Source of the DNA: Macrostomum hystrix
Taxonomy: Eukaryota; Animalia; Platyhelminthes
DNA: 64,000 nucleotides
Direction: 5' to 3'
NCBI GenBank assembly: GCA_950097015.1
Contig: CATNEN010000038.1
Span: forward strand, 5,022,001 to 5,086,000
In this document: piece by piece, positions 23,201 through 45,720 of the stretch
How the letters are laid out: each line of letters begins with the position of its first letter
Position numbering within the stretch: the first letter of the stretch is position 1
Made by a program: the position numbers and the translations under genes
The notes under the pieces: model-generated
Told to the model about the DNA's origin: nothing
The model's input: only the letters and a program-made list of their open reading frames with translations
The model's database searches: none

Positions 23201-26200
23201 AGGTAGACTGTGAGGTAGATCGAGTTCTTGGAAAGTAGACTGAGAGGTAGATAGGTTTCTTGGTTTAAGAGCTTGAAGTAGAAAAATAGAATGTCCTGGC
23301 GAGATTGGCAGTGTTGTTGCATCACATTTGAGTGTAATGATTAGCCAGCTGAATAACATTTTGGCAGTGTGAAATGACTGACAAATTGTCCGAATAAAAA
23401 ACTCGAGTCGCCTATATAGGCTAAGGTGCGATCGCGCAAGTCAGGTGTGATTTGATGTTCCTCTCCGCACCGCAAATGCTCATCAATTCTGATTGGAGCA
23501 CTGCAGTGGACTCACTTGCCTTGGGAACGCCCACAACAGCAGAAGGTGTGATGTATGACCGCTTCAGCTCCCACCGGGGACTGCCATTCATCCCATTTCT
23601 TTCTCTGTAGAATTCCGCTCCATTAAACTCTGCTTCCGCGGCTTAGGATGGGACTGGATAGAGTCAGGGAGCATGCTGAGGCCGGGACAATTAAGTGGGC
23701 GGTGGCTTTTATGACACCGGGGCGCAGATTTCCGGGGCAGTCAAATGCCCTCGGGGTGGTGGATGAGGTGTAGCCGGTGCGTCTGTGTTGGCCAGCAGCC
23801 CTAAGGGTTTGGGGCGGGGCACAATGTCCAGTCAATAGTTTTGTTGTCGTCAGTTCGATGCGGGAGAATTCAGGCCCGTAAACTGGATGAGTTTGAGGAG
23901 CTTTCAGAGCCACCCACATATTAGCCAAGTTGTTTTCTCGCCTCGTTGAGCCACCCGAAAATCTGCATATCTGTCAACTTTGGGCTCGGCCAAGGGACGG
24001 ACACTGAGAAGGGAGGAGGGTGCAGTTGTGTAAAAAGTCATTTATTTCTTCCACAAAGTTGTCACAGAACGGATCAGAAACAGAACGGATCCCACTGCTA
24101 TATATTAGTCAAAGCGCAATCAGGCGTTAATAAGCCTTCTCGCTCAGGCTGTTTGTTGACAAGGGGAAGACACATTACTAACATGTTTACAACCTCGGCA
24201 ACCCCTGAGACGCACACCTGTCGTTTAGATCCGCCCGAAGCATCGCTGTATTGCTAGTCCGTATGACTACTAGATCTATTTGCTACCGGCTAAGAAGATA
24301 AATTTTATTATAAAAAATTAAATCAGCGATAACAGCTTTTACTGTGAAAGCCAAAATACTTATAGCTTTGGATAACATGCGAACTTCATGGCGAATATGA
24401 TTGACTGGTTGAGGTTGGAATCTGGAGCACAGAGACTGCCAAATCCTGATTGATTGTCCTGCACATTATTAGCTGCGTTTTCCGCCTCAAATGCATGAAT
24501 AATTGTGTATAGAAATCTTTACTTGACAACAACAACAACTATAGAAGCTGCTGCAGCTACTGATGGATGCTGAGAATTCATTGAAATTCAGGAGTATCCG
24601 TTAGAGCGCTGCGGACACCATGGCAGACCCGCAGCCAGCGAGGAGACAATTCTGCCCATTTCGCTGACTCCTGAGCACACACACACACACACACAGATAC
24701 TGTACGCAGGCACACACTCACATACACAATAATGTACATTTGTCCTGACTTTCTCATCGTCAGGCAGTGTACCCTTCACTGCGCCTTGGAGGTTGGCCCT
24801 GAATTGCACGACAAGCCAACAAGCCTTCTCTCCGCGGCTGCGCCCCAAATGAATGTGGCCTCGACGCGGAATCGAACTCAGGGACCTTGGTGCGAGAGGC
24901 AAACGCGTTAACCAACTCTGTTACTGACCCCCTGAACCCGATGCCTTTCTAGACTATCCTGCAGCGGCGGGCAGAGCAGCTCCGAACACGTCGGCAGTCG
25001 ATGACATGATCCAACAGCAGCGGCAGCAGCAAAGCCAGGCTTGCTCCAGTGCGGCTGACATCGAGTCCAGCTGCCGCCAGAGCCGGAGTCTAGTGTCCGA
25101 CAAGCCGCCAGTCGCAGGCAGCCTCCGTAACTCCGTTGTTTCCTCCTCCACTGACGAGCGTGACGAAAATTTCGGCGAATTCGCGCCGCTCGCTGGCGAC
25201 ACCGACGATGTCGACGACGACGCACCGTCGACTGAGCGCGCCGAATCCGGCGTCGGAAAAGGTTCAACGAATCGCCGATGCCGAACGACATTCAGTGATC
25301 AGCAGGTGCGCTCACTGGAGGCGGCCTTTCAGCAGACGCACTACCCCAGCCTGGCCATGCGGGAGGCTCTGGCGGCTGCGGTGTCGCTCTCCGAGTCCAA
25401 GGTGCAGGTCTGGTTCAGCAACCGGCGGGCCAGATGGCGCAAGCAGGTCAGCGCCGCTTGTCGGGGTGGCGTTGCTGAGACTCCTGACGATGGCCAGCGA
25501 CAGCCTAGGACAGCTGGCAGCACTGAAGATGGACTTCAGGACAATGTCCACAATCGCAACGTAGACGATGGCGACATCAGCCAAGAGGATGCGGGCGGCG
25601 ACTCTGCTAGGAGAGAAGACAACGACGGACTGCACGATCTGGGACTGCTGGCCAACCTGCCGGGTGAGAAGGATTTTGCGGGAAGGAAGAAGGATTTGAT
25701 TTGAATGTTTCAATTATTGACTAAGTGATTTCTTATTAAAACACCCCAACTAATAAAAAAACTTTTTTCCAGGCTGTACTCTGATTCATAGCTCCAAACC
25801 CGTTGTGCCGCTGCCTCGCTATCCGGTAAGAAATTCGTCACAAGTTTAAGAGCTTGATAAACGAACAGCAAGATTGATATGATTGATAAGGTGTTCGAAA
25901 TGAGATTGGTATATGTTAGATATGGGATTGATAAATGATAGATATGAGATTGTAGATGTCAGATATTATGCAAATAGGTAGATTTTGATAATAAGACTGA
26001 TTGAAATTGATAGCGAGATCGTATTTCTACGAAATGGTATTTCTACGAAATGGTATTTCTACGAAATGGTATTTCTACGAAATGGTATTTCTACGAAATG
26101 GTATTTCTACGAAATGGTATTTCTACGAAATGGTATTTCTACGAAATGGTATTTCTACGAAATGGTATTTCTACGAAATGGTATTTCTACGAAATGGTAT

Positions 26201-26925
26201 TTCTACGAAATGGTATTTCTACGAAATGGTATTTCTACGAAATGGTATTTCTACGAAATGGTATTTCTACGAAATGGTATTTCTACGAAATGGTATTTCT
26301 ACGAAATGGTATTTCTACGAAATGGTATTTCTACGAAATGGTATTTCTACGAAATGGTATTTCTACGAAATGGTATTTCTACGAAATGGTATTTCTACGA
26401 AATGGTATTTCTACGAAATGGTATTTCTACGAAATGGTATTTCTACGAAATGGTATTTCTACGAAATGGTATTTCTACGAAATGGTATTTCTACGAAATG
26501 GTATTTCTACGAAATGGTATTTCTACGAAATGGTATTTCTACGAAATACTATTTCTACGAAATACTATTTCTACGAAATCGTATTTCTACGAAATGGTAT
26601 TTCTACGAAATCGTATTTCTACAAATTCTTCTTATGGATGTTTGATTCTTCCCAATTGGCCATGCACCCGCAGTTCCCGACACCGCCCCAGTTCTTCTTG
26701 CCGCATATGCCGCATCCACCGCCGCCACCGCCACTGCCGCTGCCGCCTCTGCCTCCGCCGCCGCCTCCGCAGGCCCCGCTGCCGCACGGAGCTAATTTCG
26801 CTGTTTCCGCTGCCTTATTCGCCGATTCAGCAGTTTGGCAAAGACTCGCCATCCTTGCCAGCCTCTGCGGGGGCGGCGGCGGTGGCGTCAATGGAAACGC
26901 CAATGCTACAGGACACAGCAGCTGA
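20250..26925 (+). CDS. pax3/7: Pax3/7-like paired box + S50 paired-class homeodomain transcription factor (~493 aa, 6 exons)
   Basis: Exons 20250-20337, 22407-22586, 22675-22872, 24953-25663, 25773-25825, 26674-26925, all phase-consistent GT-AG. Paired domain [23 protein letters not shown]...[20 protein letters not shown]...WEIR; homeodomain RRCRTTFS...THYP...[15 protein letters not shown]; Pro-rich C-terminus. Confidence 0.88.
20560..21000. repeat. GA/GT-rich compound repeat (GAGTGTGAGAGCGTGAGTGAT-like), Pax intron 1
   Basis: Direct reading. Confidence 0.9.
21888..22330. repeat. ~17-bp minisatellite TTCGGAAGTTGGGATAA, Pax intron 1
   Basis: Direct reading. Confidence 0.92.
22905..23255. repeat. 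32-bp minisatellite GTAGACTGTGAGGTAGATCGAGTTCTTCGGAG, Pax intron 3
   Basis: Direct reading. Confidence 0.92.
23400..23900 (-). mobile_element. Highly decayed non-LTR (LINE) reverse-transcriptase fragment
   Basis: Ordered remnants across frames: [19 protein letters not shown] (cf. GPDNIHPRVLKE.A..IA.P), LKRSYITP (cf. WK.A.ITP), [15 protein letters not shown] (cf. LTSICGK..E.II..HL). Confidence 0.45.
24590..24928 (-). mobile_element. SINE family A near-complete copy
   Basis: Reverse strand has tRNA-like head AGAGTTGGTTAACGCG...GAGTTCGATTCCGCG, body shared with 9230-9605 and 36548-36685, and an internal (TG)n. Confidence 0.85.
26021..26622. repeat. Very homogeneous 16-bp minisatellite GGTATTTCTACGAAAT (~37 units), Pax intron 5
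   Basis: Direct reading; explains three overlapping ORFs at 25985-26947. Confidence 0.97.
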
Positions 26926-27109
26926 CCGCTGGGCCTGGGGTTGCTGACCGGCATTGTTTATAGAACAAAGACTATGACCCTTTTTACATAGCCGTTGCTT
27001 GTTTCTCATGCGTCTTTTAAAAGTATCTTGCTTTTTTGAGTTCTGGAAATTTTAGGATATTGTAATATTTGGTATTTACGAACTTTGGGATTCTGCGAAT
27101 TAAGAAATG

Positions 27110-27775
27110 TAGAGTTTTGGGTTTTGTGAAATGTGAAATTCTTTGAAATCTTGGATTATGTAAAATCTGGGATTCTGTGAAATCTGGGATTCTATGAAAT
27201 CTGGGATTCTATGAAATCTGGGATTTTGTGAAATCAGGGATTGTGAAATCTGGGATTTTGTGAAATCTGGGATTTTGTGAAATCTGGGATTTTGTGAAAT
27301 CTGGGATTTTGTGAAATCAGGGATTCTGTGAAATCTGGGATTTTGTGAAATCAGGGATTTTATGAAATCTGGGATTCTGTGCAATCTGGGATTTTGTGAA
27401 ATCTGGGATTATGTAAAATCCGGGATTTTGAGAAATCTGGGATTTTGTGAAATCTGGGATTTTGTGAAATCTGGGATTCTGTGCAATCTGGGATTCTGTG
27501 CAATCTGGGATTCTGTTAAATCTGGGATTCTGTGAAATCAGGGATTCTGTGAAATCTGGGATTTTGTGAAATCTGGGATTCTGTGAAATCTGGGATTCTG
27601 TGAAATCTGGGATTTTGTGAAATCAGGGATTCTGTGAAATCTGGGATTTTGTGAAATCTGGGATTCTGTGAAATCTGGGATTCTGTTAAATCTGGGATTC
27701 TGTGAAATCTTTGATTTTGTGAAATCTGGGATTTTATGAAAGCTGGGATTCTGTGAATTATGGGATTTTGTGAAT
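27110..27775. repeat. 17-bp minisatellite GTGAAATCTGGGATTYT
   Basis: Direct reading. Confidence 0.93.
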
Positions 27776-28990
27776 TTCCGACCTTAGTTTTTGTGATTCT
27801 GTAAACTGTGGGATCCTGTTAAGTTTTTGGATTGTGTTAATTAGAATTTAGTTGTTTTGAATAGAAAATTTCTGTGCTTATACTGCTTATCGCTTATACT
27901 GCTTCTACAGCAACGTATTATTATATTAGGTTTTCCTTGCTTATAGTACTTTAGAAATCTAGTCTTTGTGTTCTGTTAGACTACGAGACATGTAGCATAC
28001 ATGTAACATACTCGTAACATGTAGCATAGCAACATTCGCGCACTCACATTGCTCGAGCCATGCAAATCAATCCAGTATATTTTTTGCTGCTTCAACATTG
28101 TTCCTTTTGTTGAATCAACGTACGAACGAACTTGCTAAACGCTGGAAAATATTTGCCTAATGCTACTTATTTACTACTACTGTAATCAGTAGTCACTAAA
28201 GAAAATTTAAAGATGAATTACGTAGCGAAAATCATTGTGTAGGATTCAGTTTATCTATTCGTTAACAGACAGAAAATAACTTCAAAAAATAAAGTCGATA
28301 ATTTGATAGTTTCATTGAATTCCAATTTCTTTTGCCAAGTAAATTCTGCCCCACCTCTTCGAGTGCGCAGCGCCCTTTTCTGTAATACTCGTTGGAACGC
28401 TGCTGTGAAAAAATCGATCATTTTAAGGTAGCGGACAGTTTTTAGGAATATAGCACTGTGTGGGCTGCACGCAAAGCTAGCAGACAAAGTTGGTCTGCCG
28501 TGTGCATCCATTGATTGCTGCTGTTGCTGCTGCTGCTGCTTCTGCTGCCTCCCAGCTGACTTCTAGAACCGGCCTTTCTCCCCAGCTGCGTACTTACCAA
28601 ATCTGGGCTCTAGGCTCCTGGCTGACATTTCCGGGGCCTCCTGACTCCGCCGCTCCATTCCTACAGTCTTCTATCGCGGCTCCACCCATGAAAGACCAGT
28701 GCGGGACTTTGGGAAACTTTGTTGGTCTTTCATCTGGCTTCCAAAAATCTTTTTTTCGCGTAATCTCGGGTGTTTTGTCGATTTCGCTTCCCCGGTATCT
28801 GCGGTCCGGGGCGGCCTTCCGTCTGTGACTTCCAGAATTTGTTCTCTACGCTCTTTCGAACCTTGTTCGGCCCGCAGCTTTCTGCCCCTCGTCTACCCCC
28901 GCCTGCAAAAATGCCTCCACAGCGGGCACCTGGACAGTCGGGTCTACATCCCAGCCTCTCCGATCCCCTGGTAACTGGTATCAGCTTGGA

Positions 28991-29000
28991 CTATAAAAAG
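28991..29000 (+). promoter_or_regulatory. Candidate TATA box of the collagen gene
   Basis: CTATAAAAAG ~135 bp upstream of the collagen ATG, which has a perfect GCCGCCACCATG Kozak context. Confidence 0.35.
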
Positions 29001-29128
29001 CAGAGGCACCAACCAACAGGGCATCATCTTGGAGCTTGTCTTGCAGCTTCAGCTGGTTCCCAAGAGACCTCAGCTAGAGCGAAAGCCTGAGGCCCGAGGA
29101 GCCAAAAGTGCAGATCAACGCCGCCACC

Positions 29129-38247
<9,119 letters not shown>

Positions 38248-38904
38248 GCTCACCGAGACTGCTCCAGTTGACAGCCGGGGGGGAGGTGTTTGTAGCCCCG
38301 GCTTTGACTGCAACTTTAGCCTGACTCATTTATAATAATTTATCTCGAACATATTTTATCAACTACAGTACGTAAGACACATCAGCCTGGTTGGGTGCCT
38401 GTATGGTGTCTTGACTAGTAATACTCGAATTACTTAATTCTCTGTGAACCTGCTGGTGTTTGTCAGCTGGTTAGGGTTAGTACAACCTCATTGGTCTAGT
38501 AATGCATAAGTTGAAGCTTCCCTGCATCTTAAAGTAGATTTTTTACTTATTTAAAATGAAGGCATGTCACTTTGCGCTCACGATAGATAGCAATCATTTT
38601 TTATCACTTTCTTCAGCCTGTTCTACTGATAGTAGCAGTTCTCACTAGAAAAAAGCATTGAAAGCAAATAAATTTAATTTACCAAACGGAATATTCAAAT
38701 ATACATGAGCTAAATGAGTAAATATAAAATGCTAGATGGTTTGTCAATTAGCAAAGGCTAAGCAACTTGTGTTCTACTGGCACAATTGGCGGACTTGTTT
38801 AAATATTTCGCATAAAATCCACACGCTTGGTACCGATTTAAATTAGCAAATTTTAGTTACGGATATTTTTACTGAAGTTACGTTAAATCAATTTTAGAAT
38901 GGCA

Positions 38905-39900
38905 ATCACACCTGTTAGGATAATGACACTCACACCTGTTAGGATAATGACACTCACACCTGTTAGGATAATGACACTCACACCTGTTAGGATAATGACA
39001 CTCACACCTGTTAGGATAATGACACTCACACCTGTTAGGATAATGACACTCACACCTGTTAGGATAATGACACTCACACCTGTTATGATAATGACACTCA
39101 TACCTGTTAGAATAATGACACTCACACCTGTTAGGGTAATGACACTCACACCTGTTAGGATAATGACACTCACAACTGTTAGGGTGATGGCACTCACACC
39201 TGTTATGATAATGACACTCATACCTGTTATGATTATGACACTCATACCTGTTATGATAAAGACACTCACACCTGTTAGGATAATGACACTCACACCTGTT
39301 AGGATAATGACACTCACACCTGTTAGGGTGATGGCACTCACACCTGTTAGGGTAATGGCACTCACACCTGTTAGGGTGATGGCACTCACACCTTTTAGGG
39401 TAATGGCACTCACACCTGTTAGGGTGATGGCACTCACACCTGTTAGGGTGATGGCACTCACACCTGTTAGGGTGATGGCACTCACACCTGTTAGGGTGAT
39501 GGCACTCACACCTGTTAGGGTGATGGCACTCACACCTGTTTGGTTAATGACAATCACACCTCTTAGGATAATGACACTCACACCTGTTAGGATAATGACA
39601 CTCACACCTGTTAGGATAATGACACTTACACATGTTAGGATAATGACACTCACACCTGTTAGGATAATGACACTCAGACCTGTTAGGATAATGACACTTA
39701 CACATGTTAGGATAATGACACTCACACCTGTTAGGATAATGACACTCAGACCTGTTAGGATAATGACACTCACACCTGTTAGGATAATGACACTCACACC
39801 TGTTAGGATAATGACACTCACACCTGTTAGGATAATGACACTTACACCTGTTAGGATAATGACACTCACACCTGTTAGGGTGATGGCACTCACACCTGTT
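38905..39900. repeat. 24-bp minisatellite CACACCTGTTAGGATAATGACACT (~41 units)
   Basis: Direct reading; explains the ORFs at 38883-39918. Confidence 0.95.
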
Positions 39901-40198
39901 TGGGTAATGTGTAACTAAATGATTAATTAAAAATCTAGCGGCAATTATAGCTTGCTCATAATTCTAGAAATATTCTATTTCTAGGTCCTTGCCACACGGA
40001 AACAGAAAGTATATTTGAGAAGACTTGCTGGGCTCGGACTTACCATAGACTTACTCGCTGCTACTCAGAAATTAGTCGTTTTTATCCTAGTTATTTTAGA
40101 TTAGACATGCGTGAAATCTGACACAAGGAAGGATCCGTTCGCTTGCTTTCTGCTACTATCCACTCTACTTTGAAATTCCGATCTTCAACAGCCGGGCA

Positions 40199-41402
40199 AT
40201 GTACCCAAACCTGCACGGGGAGGGCCATTATTGCGGCTACAACAGCAATTACGGCTACTGCCGAAACCTGTGCAACGCAGCCATGACAGACAATGCGGTA
40301 AACAGTCTAGTGCCAGCCAGAGCATCGTCATGCTCGCGTGCCGGCTGCGTTCCGTCGGTAGGTTCGGCGATGACGGTGGATCTCGGCATCGACTTGGCGT
40401 CGGTTCGCGCTGAGTTGAACAGCTGCAAGCTGCGCTACCAGCAGGATGTGTGGAATGTGCTCTGCAATCGCGGCATGGGCGGCGACGGAGGACAAAGTAA
40501 AAGCTGGAAGAAGGCAGACAGCGACAGGCAGGCCAGCATTGCCAAACTGGCTAGCAAAGGCGAGACGGCGGAAGGCACCGCTGATGAGAATTTCCTCGCA
40601 GAGGAAGGCGAGGGTAGTTTTGTCATTGAGGAGAATGACAACAACCGGTTGCTTGCCAGACGAATGCGGCAGTGGCAGACTCAGCCGATCGCAAAGGTAC
40701 CAAAATAAACCTTTATCTAGCTCATTGGTCTCATTAAATTGCTCCTATACAAGTTGCTTAAATGATACCATTTGCTATTCTCAGAGTCAAGAGCAGGACC
40801 GTTCGGTCAGCAACAGGAGCCGACTAACTCGCCAAAAGCTGACGGACGATTGGAACAACTTGAACAGCATCAGTAGGACTATGCTTGGTGCTGGGCTGGG
40901 GCAGCTGCCAAAACTGCAGTATCTGAAGACAAGGCTGAATGGTAGCGATTCCGACAGCAGCCAAACCTCCACCTCGGCTTCTAGTCGGCGATCGCAGCAG
41001 CGGAAGCAGCCTCTGTCTTCGCTGAGTGTTAGTGACAACACCTTCGAGGATCTCCGCAAGAATGGGGCGGCAGTCAATGATGAGAAAGAGAACGCGGACG
41101 ATCGAGACATCGACCAAGAGTTTAAGTTACTTAGCGAATTGGAGGACGATGATGGGAAGTTTTCCCGCAGTTCGTCTGTTGTCGGCATGGAAGACAGCGG
41201 TGTCAACAATCGACCTTTTGTGCCCATTTTCTGCGGCAGCTGGGGCAACCGGCCCGGCCAGGAGCTGCCGAATCAGCGGCAACAACTGCGAAAACAATTG
41301 CAGCATCGGCACCAGCAGAAGCTTCTCCAGCAGCAGCAGCAGCAGCAGATGCGCCCCAGGCAGTCATCGAAGCTTCCAAAGTGTCAGCCTCTTGTAGATT
41401 AG
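40199..41402 (+). CDS. Uncharacterised protein (~371 aa, 2 coding exons): Cys/Tyr-rich N-terminus, poly-Q C-terminus
   Basis: Exon 40199-40696 (AAG|GTACC) joins in phase 0 to TCTCAG|AGT exon 40785-41402. Coding-like GC content; no domain recognised; an upstream exon is possible. Confidence 0.6.
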
Positions 41403-41738
41403 CACCTATATCATTTGGATTCGCTTTCAGAGCAAACTGGCGTTGCTCATTTGTACTCATTTTAATAGATGACACCGTTTTGATGCCCTTTTTCAATTCT
41501 GGCTCATAAACGATAGTTTTTCTACTTCTCCGGAACACGAAAAATAATACAATGGTTGGATATTTTTTGCTTTCACTTGAATTTCAATGCAGCAACCGAA
41601 ATGCTCCGAAAAATTCCCAGACTTTGCAAATATTTCTTCGACTTAGATAACTGTTTTCTATAGTGAAACCTTTAGGACTTAGAGATTCTAGGTGCCCAAT
41701 TTATAGGCGAATTCATCGCGATGAATTTACAGCCCCAA

Positions 41739-43143
41739 TCTGTCACTCCACTTTTCACCTGTCACTCCACTTTTCACCTGTCACTCCGCTTTTCACCTGC
41801 CAATCCTCTTTACACCTGTCACTCCGCTTTTCACCTGTCACTCCGCTTTTCACCCGTCAATCCTCTTTACACCTGTCACTCCGCTTTTCACCTGTCACTC
41901 CACTTTTCAGCTGTCACTCCACTTTTCACCTGTCACTCCACTTTTCAGCTGTCACTCCACTTTTCAGCTGTCACTCCACTTTTCACCTGTCACTCCACTT
42001 TTCAGCTGTCACTCCACTTTTCAGCTGTCACTCCACTTTTCACCTGTCACTCCACTTTTCAGCTGTCACTCCACTTTTCAGCTGTCACTCCACTTTTCAC
42101 CTGTCACTCCACTTTTCAGCTGTCACTCCACCTTTCAGCTGTCACTCCACTTTTCAGCTGTCACTCCACTTTTCAGCTGTCACTCCACTTTTCACCTGTC
42201 ACTCCACTTTTCAGCTGTCACTCCACTTTTCACCTGTCACTCCACTTTTCAGCTGTCACTCCACTTTTCAGCTGTCACTCCACTTTTCAGCTGTCACTCC
42301 GCTTTTCACCTGTCACTCCACTTTTCAGCTGTCACTCCGCTTTTCACCTGCCAATCCTCTTTACACCTGTCACTCCGCTTTTCACCTGTCACTCCGCTTT
42401 TCACCCGTCAATCCTCTTTACACCTGTCACTCCGCTTTTCACCTGTCACTCCACTTTTAACCTGTCACCGTTTCACCTATTGCTCCAAAGTTGTACGCGC
42501 GTATTCTATCTGTCACTCCACAGTTCTATCTGTCACAGTCTACAGTTCTATCTGTCACACTCCACAGCTCATCTGTCACTCCACAGTTCTATCTGTCACT
42601 CCACAGTTCTATCTGTCACTCCGCAGTTCTATCTGTCACTCCGCAGTTTTATATGTCACTCCACAGTTCTATCTGTCACTCCACAGTTCTATCTGTCACA
42701 CTCCACAGTTCTATCTGTCACTCCACAGTTCTATCTGTCACTCCACAGTTCTATCTGTCACTCCACAGTTCTATCTGTCACTCCACAGTTTTATATGTCA
42801 CTCCACTGTTCTATCTGTCACTCCACAGTTTTATATGTCACTCCACAGTTCTATCTGTCACTCCACAGTTTTATATGTCACTCCACTGTTCTATCTGTCA
42901 CTCCACAGTTTTATATGTCACTCCACAGTTCTATCTGTCACTCCACAGTTTTATATGTCACTCCACAGTTCTATCTGTCACTCCACAGTTCTATCTGTCA
43001 CTCCACAGTTCTATCTGTCACTCCACAGTTTTATATGTCACTCTACAGTTCTATCTGTCACTCCACAGTTCTATCTGTCACTCCACAGTTCTATCTGTCA
43101 CTCCACAGTTCTATCTGTCACTCCACAGTTCTATCTGTCACTC
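41739..43143. repeat. Two abutting related arrays: 19-bp CTGTCACTCCACTTTTCAS (41739-42465) and 20-bp CTGTCACTCCACAGTTCTAT (42505-43143)
   Basis: Direct reading. Confidence 0.95.
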
Positions 43144-43689
43144 CAGACCAAAAACTGCTTGTCCTAAATAGAATTTACTCGGTCTTAACTCTCCTAATAC
43201 CTGTGGAAAATCACGAGTCGCGAACCAGTTTTTTCTAATAGGCGCATTTGTCGTTTTAAAAAGCAATTTTCACAGCCACATTGGCTGCAGTGAGTGCACC
43301 GCCTGATTATCGCAGACAAAGTGACTGCAGAAATCATTTCAGCAGTCTAACAGAATCCAAATTTAGAAGCTATCTCTAAATGCTTTGTTTTTTTTAGTAA
43401 AAGTACACATTTAGTAATTTAGTCTCGACTCTGGCATTCAGTCATTTTTTTATTAAAAAACTACTAAAATTGAATGAATTTGAAATCTAAATTACAACTT
43501 AGAAATGATTATGAACTCACAAAAATTAAACGATTAAGTAGAAGACATATAATAGTATTTGAATGCGCTTGAGTACCTAGCCAGGTAGAGACAGTAATAT
43601 TCATAATCAATGACTATTTTATCACATGCCTTTGAGCTCTAAACCCTTAGCAATGGTCAATGAGCCCTTATCTACGAACCGACACCCTC

Positions 43690-45720
43690 TTATCTATGAA
43701 TCATCACCCTTATCTATGAATCATCACCCTTATCTATGAATCATCACCCTTATCTATGAATCATCACCCTTATCTATGAATCATCACCCTTATCTATGAA
43801 TCATCACCCTTATCTATGAATCATCACCCTTATCTATGAATCATCACCCTTATCTATGAATCATCACCCTTATCTATGAATCATCACCCTTATCTATGAT
43901 AGCTACGAGCTATCCTTTTATCTACGAGCTATGACCCTTTATCTACGAGCTATGACCCTTTATCTACGAGCTATGTCCCTTTATCCATGAGCTATGACCC
44001 TTTATCTACGAGCTATGACCCTTTATCTACGAGCTATAACCCTTTATCTACTAGCTATGACCCTTTATCCATGAGCTATGACCCTTTATCTACGAGCTAT
44101 GACCCTTTATCTCCTACGAGCTATGTTCCTTTATCTACGAGCTATAACCCTTTATCTACTAGCTATGACCCTTTATCCATGAGCTATGACCCTTTATCTA
44201 CGTGCTATGACCCTTTATCTACGAGCTATGACCCTTTATCTACGAGCTTTGACCCTTTATCTTTGAGCTTTGACCCTTTATCTACGAGCTTTGACCCTTT
44301 ATCTACGAGCGATGTTCCTTTATCTACAAGCTATGACCCTTTATCTACGAGCTTTGACCCTTTATCTACGAGCTATGACCCTTTATCTACGAGCTATGAC
44401 CCTTTATCCATGAGCTATGACCCCATATCTATTAGCTTTGACCCTTTACCTACGAGCTATGACCCTTTACCTACGAGCTATGACCCTTTATCTACGAGCT
44501 ATGACCCTTTATCTACGAGCTATGACCATTTATCTACGAGCTATGACCCTTTATCTACGAGCTATGACCCTTTACCTACGAGCTATGACCCTTTATCTAC
44601 GAGCTATGACCATTTATCTACGAGCTATGACCCTTTATCTACGAGCTATGACCCTTCATCTACAAGCTATGACCCTTTATCTACGAGCTATGACCCTTTA
44701 TCTACGAGCTATGACCCTTTATCTACGAGCTATGTCCCTTTATCCATGAGCTATGACCCTTTATCTACGAGCTATGACCCTTTATCTACGAGCGATGTTC
44801 CTTTATCTACAAGCTATGACCCTTTATCTACGAGCTTTGACCCTTTATCTACGAGCTATGACCCTTTATCTACGAGCTATGACCCTTTATCCATGAGCTA
44901 TGACCCCATATCTATTAGCTTTGACCCTTTACCTACGAGCTATGACCCTTTACCTACGAGCTATGACCCTTTATCTACGAGCTATGACCATTTATCTACG
45001 AGCTATGACCCTTTATCTACGAGCTATGACCCTTTATCTACGAGCTATGACCCTTTATCTACGAGCTATGACCATTTATCTACGAGCTATGACCATTTAT
45101 CTACGAGCTTTGACCCTTTATCTACGAGCTATGACCCTTTATCTACGAGCTTTGACCCTTTATCTACGAGCTTTGACCCTTTATCTACGAGCTTTGACCC
45201 TTTATCTACGAGCTTTGACCCTTTATCTACGAGCTTTGACCCTTTATCTACGAGCTATGGCCCTTTATCTACGAGCGATGTTCCTTTATCTACAAGCTAT
45301 GACCCTTTATCTACGAGCTTTGACCCTTTATCTACGAGCTATGACCCTTTATCTACGAGCTATGACCCTTTATCCATGAGCTATGACCCCATATCTATTA
45401 GCTTTGACCCTTTACCTACGAGCTATGACCCTTTACCTACGAGCTATGACCCTTTATCTACGAGCTATGACCATTTATCTACGAGCTATGACCCTTTATC
45501 TACGAGCTATGACCCTTTATCTACGAGCTATGACCCTTTATCTACGAGCTATGACCATTTATCTACGAGCTATGACCATTTATCTACGAGCTTTGACCCT
45601 TTACCTACGAGCTATGACCCTTTACCTACGAGCTATGACCATTTATCTACGAGCTATGACCCTTTATCTACGAGCTATGACCCTTTATCTACGAGCTATG
45701 ACCCCATATCCATAAGCTTT
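43690..45720. repeat. Two abutting related arrays: 20-bp TATCTATGAATCATCACCCT (43690-43898) and 21-bp TATCTACGAGCTATGACCCTT (43915-45720)
   Basis: Direct reading; explains the 584-aa SYDPLST ORF. Confidence 0.95.

Noticed and set aside
24740-24765. Hammerhead ribozyme in SINE-A (CTGACGA-TGA-GAAA on minus strand)
   Set aside because: No stem II and no NUH cleavage site after stem III; it is only a CCTGAC/GTCAGG hairpin.
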